From a virus (taxonomy: Duplodnaviria > Caudoviricetes), in IMG/VR virus record IMGVR_UViG_3300029309_000068, positions 1 through 50,038 of that record: a stretch of 50,038 nt of DNA; one strand, 5' to 3'. The notes beneath the pieces were generated by a model that saw only the letters and a program-made list of their open reading frames with translations, made no database searches and had not been told where the DNA came from. Positions 47,004 through 50,038 of the stretch are shown here, piece by piece. The first letter of the stretch is position 1. Every line of letters begins with the position of its first letter. Made by a program: the position numbers and the translations under genes.

Positions 47004-47016
47004 TATCAAAGACTTA
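47004..47016 (+). promoter_or_regulatory. IHF consensus site
   Basis: TATCAA-AGAC-TTA. Confidence 0.55.
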
Positions 47017-47123
47017 ACAGAATCAAGGTGGGTAGGGCGAGGGCCACGGTGGGGTACTACGTTATACGTATATGTACAAATACACACACGAGGTTTTTTC
47101 ACTGGGTGACGCAACGTAACTTG

Positions 47124-47152
47124 TTGACAGACCCTTGACTGTGGCTATAACT
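47124..47152 (+). promoter_or_regulatory. Putative promoter TTGACA-N16-TATAACT
   Basis: Matches the recurrent motif. Confidence 0.7.
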
Positions 47153-47284
47153 ATGGGGGTAAGGGGGCATGTTAAACATTAATGTTAAAACATTATAAAA
47201 GTAATTAAACATAAATCATCTAAACATTAAATGTATAACATAGGGGTATCTACTTCCCTATACTAGTAACGATAAGAAAAGTTA

Positions 47285-47314
47285 TTGACACTCTTAAAAC
47301 ATTAATGCTACACT
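47285..47314 (+). promoter_or_regulatory. Putative promoter TTGACA-N18-TACACT
   Basis: Lies 45 nt upstream of the 47360 hairpin. Confidence 0.5.
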
Positions 47315-47359
47315 TACATTAGTTACAATCAATATAATAACTATACAACTTGTTGTAAC

Positions 47360-47451
47360 TACGTGTGTAGATTATCTGTGTAAGTTTAAACCACAGTGTC
47401 TCCTCCTCCCTCTATGTAGTTTGTACTTAGGCCTGGTAGTCTACACACGTA
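47360..47451 (+). ncRNA. Candidate sRNA: long hairpin with a CCUCCUCCC loop
   Basis: 17-bp basal stem with 2 G-U pairs, inner stems, loop GUGUCUCCUCCUCCCUCUA. Confidence 0.62.
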
Positions 47452-47478
47452 TTTGTTGTAGTTTATGTAAAGTTTTTC

Positions 47479-47507
47479 TTGACAATGCGAAACAAAGGCG
47501 TAAAACT
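47479..47507 (+). promoter_or_regulatory. Putative promoter TTGACA-N16-TAAAACT
   Basis: Matches the recurrent motif and overlaps the start of the next ORF. Confidence 0.65.
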
Positions 47508-47742
47508 ATATGCATCCGAAGATGTACTACACGACTTCTACGATGCATTAGCTAATAATGATGCTCGTGCTATACGGAAGGTACACATTCCAAAGTCGGA
47601 TGTGTTTTACGTAAGAGAAGCAATATATAATCGTACTGGTGAGTGGTATACACTGGACCATGTAGAACGTGCCATGTATCTTGAAGGTATGCTTACTAGA
47701 TATGAGGTACTAGATCCAGACAGGGAACGTGAGTATGGATAA
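47485..47742 (+). CDS. Conserved hypothetical protein (start uncertain)
   Basis: HIPKSDVFYVR...LDHVERAMYLEG. Confidence 0.65.
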   Translation: MRNKGVKLYASEDVLHDFYDALANNDARAIRKVHIPKSDVFYVREAIYNRTGEWYTLDHVERAMYLEGMLTRYEVLDPDREREYG

Positions 47743-48091
47743 CATGAAACTACCTATAGCACTTGTAGTAGCGATGGGTGCACAACTGGCAGGTGGCGTG
47801 TGGTGGGTATCACAACAAGCTGCTACTATAACTAGCCTCGAAGAGACTGTATCACAGTTTGCTAGTAAGATGGCTGTAGAAGATAGTGTGAATCTCAAGC
47901 GTGATGTGCTAGAGAACATGGATTACATCGATGGTGCATTCGCTGAGATAGAAGAACTGTGGGAAGAAACAGAAAGCCTAACTAAAACAATAGGGGCTAT
48001 CACTGCCTTACAACAACGTATGGCTTTAATGGAAAACAGTTTGAAGTTTATGAACCGTGACCACATGGAAATGCTAGACCCAAGGAAATAG
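47729..48091 (+). CDS. Membrane-anchored coiled-coil protein
   Basis: N-terminal TM segment (LPIALVVAMGAQLAGGVWWV) followed by heptads. Confidence 0.7.
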   Translation: MSMDNMKLPIALVVAMGAQLAGGVWWVSQQAATITSLEETVSQFASKMAVEDSVNLKRDVLENMDYIDGAFAEIEELWEETESLTKTIGAITALQQRMALMENSLKFMNRDHMEMLDPRK

Positions 48092-48092
48092 T

Positions 48093-48377
48093 ATGGCAAC
48101 GACTAAGGATGTAGAGCGACTCCCCAGTGGAAAGTTAAAGTACAGGGGTGAGATATACCCGGGATACAACAAACCTAAAAGCTTGAGAGGTGAAGCTAAG
48201 GCTTCAGCAGTTTTAGCTAAGAAAGGTACTGAAGTAAAAGTTGTACGCTTCGGTGACCCTAAGATGGCTATCCGTAAAGATAACCCTGCTGCACGTAAGA
48301 GCTTCAGGGCTAGACACAATTGTGATACAGCAACTGACAAGTTTACTGCAAGATATTGGAGTTGTAGAGCATGGTAA
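48093..48377 (+). CDS. Small basic conserved protein
   Basis: VRFGDP..RKSFRARHNC..ARYWSC..W. Confidence 0.75.
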   Translation: MATTKDVERLPSGKLKYRGEIYPGYNKPKSLRGEAKASAVLAKKGTEVKVVRFGDPKMAIRKDNPAARKSFRARHNCDTATDKFTARYWSCRAW

Positions 48378-48556
48378 AGAAAGCAAAGAGTAAAGTTAAT
48401 GCTGCTGGTAACTACACCAAACCGACAATGCGTAAGAACTTATTTAACAGCATCAAAGCAGGTGGTAAAGGTGGAAGCCCTGGACAATGGTCAGCACGTA
48501 AAGCGCAGATGCTTGCCAAGCAGTATAAAGCCAAAGGTGGAGGATACAAAACATGA
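48371..48556 (+). CDS. Small basic protein (N-terminal half of a DUF5872-like family)
   Basis: YTKP..R...IKAG.KGG.PGQWSARKAQ..A..YK..GGGY. Confidence 0.7.
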   Translation: MVKKAKSKVNAAGNYTKPTMRKNLFNSIKAGGKGGSPGQWSARKAQMLAKQYKAKGGGYKT

Positions 48557-48627
48557 GAAGATACCTAAAGAGATTGTGGTGTGCGATTATCAATCGTAAG
48601 TGCCACCCAGATTGTGATTGTTGCTAG
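48553..48627 (+). CDS. 24-aa Cys-rich peptide not in the ORF track
   Basis: MRRYLKRLWCAIINRKCHPDCDCC; GGAGGA SD and ATGA overlap. Confidence 0.6.
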   Translation: MRRYLKRLWCAIINRKCHPDCDCC

Positions 48628-48759
48628 ATGGCATTAAGTAAATCAAATAAAACAAAAGTAAAAAAAGTTGCTAAGGGTTTGAACAAAGCCTCTAAGCTTC
48701 ACGCTGCTCAGGCAAAGACCTTAAAAGGTATGCTTAAAAAAAGTACAAATAAAAAATGA
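48628..48759 (+). CDS. 43-aa Lys-rich peptide not in the ORF track
   Basis: MALSKSNKTKVKKVAKGLNKASKLHAAQAKTL...; abuts the upstream stop and has an ATGA overlap downstream. Confidence 0.65.
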   Translation: MALSKSNKTKVKKVAKGLNKASKLHAAQAKTLKGMLKKSTNKK

Positions 48760-49091
48760 GAGCGCCTCAAAAGTCATTAAAGAAGTGGGGTGACCAGAAG
48801 TGGAGGACCAAAAGTGGTAAACCCTCTACGCAAGGTCCTAATGCTACTGGTGAACGTTACCTCCCTGCTAAGGCTATTAAGTCTCTTAGCAGCAGTGAGT
48901 ATGCAGCTACAACCAGAGCTAAACGAAAAGGCAAGGCGTCAGGTAAGCAGCATGTATCTCAACCTAAAGAAGTCGCAAAGAAAACTAGGAGATTTAGAGC
49001 CAACAAAGGTGGTGTTGCTAAAAGTCCTAGACAACAGGCTGCAATAGCTGTTAGTATGAAGAAGAGAGGTAAAAAACCGAAAGGAAAGTAA
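48756..49091 (+). CDS. Small basic protein (C-terminal half of a DUF5872-like family)
   Basis: QKSLKKWGDQKWRTKSG..RYLP..AIK.LS..EY..T.RAKR. Confidence 0.7.
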   Translation: MRAPQKSLKKWGDQKWRTKSGKPSTQGPNATGERYLPAKAIKSLSSSEYAATTRAKRKGKASGKQHVSQPKEVAKKTRRFRANKGGVAKSPRQQAAIAVSMKKRGKKPKGK

Positions 49092-49765
49092 TGCCCTATC
49101 TTACTAGCAGCATACCGTACTTTAAAGCATGGGTACGTAGAGAATACACTAAGAACTTAGAAGAATATCACGGAGAGTTTTTACATTGTATGGTCATAGG
49201 TGTAACCACCATGCCAAACAGAACGTTAAGCTTTCAAGTTTTATTTACTGGATTTGAATCAGACATAGATGATTCAGAGAATATACACGGTGGTGCAATG
49301 TGGGCTAGGATGCCCTTGACTGCACTTGTAGCTGACACGCCATACGAAGAATGGCCTGAAGAGTTACCACCCTATCTGGCACAACCTTGGGATTGTATGT
49401 CTCATACACATTCCGTATATAAATTAGACAGGGCAACACCTGCCCCTTGGATAGCAAAAGTAGATGGTGAGTTCTATCCTGCAAAGTATTACTTCACTGT
49501 TGACTACACAGATAATGAAGTAGCTGATGATCCTGCACAACACAAACAGTCACACGTACTGGAGTTGTTAGATGCAGGTGAGTACACAGGTAACATAGTT
49601 GCGTTACCCAATAATAGAGTGAGAGTAACTCACCCTGCATGGTTTGAAACAGGTCAAGGTGCTCCTGACTTTAGACCAAACCAACATATATATAACTCGA
49701 AAGAAAACGTAGACTATGTATGGGATACGCAACGAGTCTTTAACAATTTATATAGTGAGGAATAA
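49091..49765 (+). CDS. Conserved hypothetical protein of marine podoviruses
   Basis: 224 aa; WVRREY, GAMWARMP, QPWDC, YYFTVDY, HKQSHV and ALPNNR. Confidence 0.75.
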   Translation: MPYLTSSIPYFKAWVRREYTKNLEEYHGEFLHCMVIGVTTMPNRTLSFQVLFTGFESDIDDSENIHGGAMWARMPLTALVADTPYEEWPEELPPYLAQPWDCMSHTHSVYKLDRATPAPWIAKVDGEFYPAKYYFTVDYTDNEVADDPAQHKQSHVLELLDAGEYTGNIVALPNNRVRVTHPAWFETGQGAPDFRPNQHIYNSKENVDYVWDTQRVFNNLYSEE

Positions 49766-49767
49766 AA

Positions 49768-50038
49768 ATGAAAAAGAAAAAGGGAATGGCCGTAGGTGGC
49801 ATGAAGAAAAAGAAAGACATGAAAGGCATGGGCATGAAAGATGGCGGTGTGTCTAAAAAGAAAAAAGGCATGGCAGTAGGCGGTGCTAAAATGAAGAAGA
49901 AGGGTATGGCTGTCGGTGGTGCTAAAATGAAAAAGAAAGGCATGGCTGTCGGTGGTATGAAGAAAAAAGGTATGGCCGTTGGGGGCATGAAAAAGAAGGG
50001 TATGTCCGTAGGCGGTTTGAAGAAAGCACCAAACAAAG
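49768..50038 (+). CDS. Lys-rich repeat protein (KKKGMAVGG)n, 3'-truncated by the window edge
   Basis: ATG at 49768 after GAGGA; open to the end. Five GMAVGG, one GMSVGG and one GMKDGG with varied synonymous codons. Confidence 0.85.
   Translation, partial: MKKKKGMAVGGMKKKKDMKGMGMKDGGVSKKKKGMAVGGAKMKKKGMAVGGAKMKKKGMAVGGMKKKGMAVGGMKKKGMSVGGLKKAPNK

Noticed and set aside
47170-47240. CtrA boxes
   Set aside because: TTAA pairs are not at the TTAA-N7-TTAA spacing.
1-50038. Autographivirus RNA polymerase, terminase, or genetic-code reassignment
   Set aside because: No polymerase or terminase motifs recognised (terminase probably lies beyond the window). All three stop codons end genes normally.

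Overview
The window holds most of the genome of a marine podovirus-like dsDNA phage of the HMO-2011 type (Puniceispirillum phage HMO-2011 / Roseobacter CRP-like). The evidence is a family A DNA polymerase with an inserted DnaJ-like CxxCxGxG zinc finger, a tyrosine integrase beside primase and helicase, a class II ribonucleotide reductase, MazG and no RNA polymerase. An alphaproteobacterial host is inferred. The + strand from 1 to 28853 is the morphogenesis module: portal (5' end outside the window), scaffold, major capsid, tail tube/nozzle, two tandem fibre-plus-adhesin cassettes, a lysozyme and putative ejection proteins. The - strand from 28876 to 46135 holds replication, nucleotide-metabolism and early genes. 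A 1.3 kb non-coding divergent control region (46136-47478) contains repeats, IHF-like boxes and strand-specific RNA structures. A + strand operon of small basic proteins follows and runs off the window end; the terminase is presumably outside. The most notable unexplained signals are: (i) two RNA hairpins on the divergent transcripts that expose anti-Shine-Dalgarno loops (CCUCCUCCC and CCUCCC); (ii) nucleotide-conserved anchor blocks between variable segments of the host-recognition genes; (iii) a recurrent short -GG peptide motif in late proteins, including a protein made almost only of it; (iv) a peptide resembling cytochrome c oxidase subunit IV; (v) three dispersed small two-cysteine paralogues. 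All family assignments come from motif recognition by eye; no searches were run.
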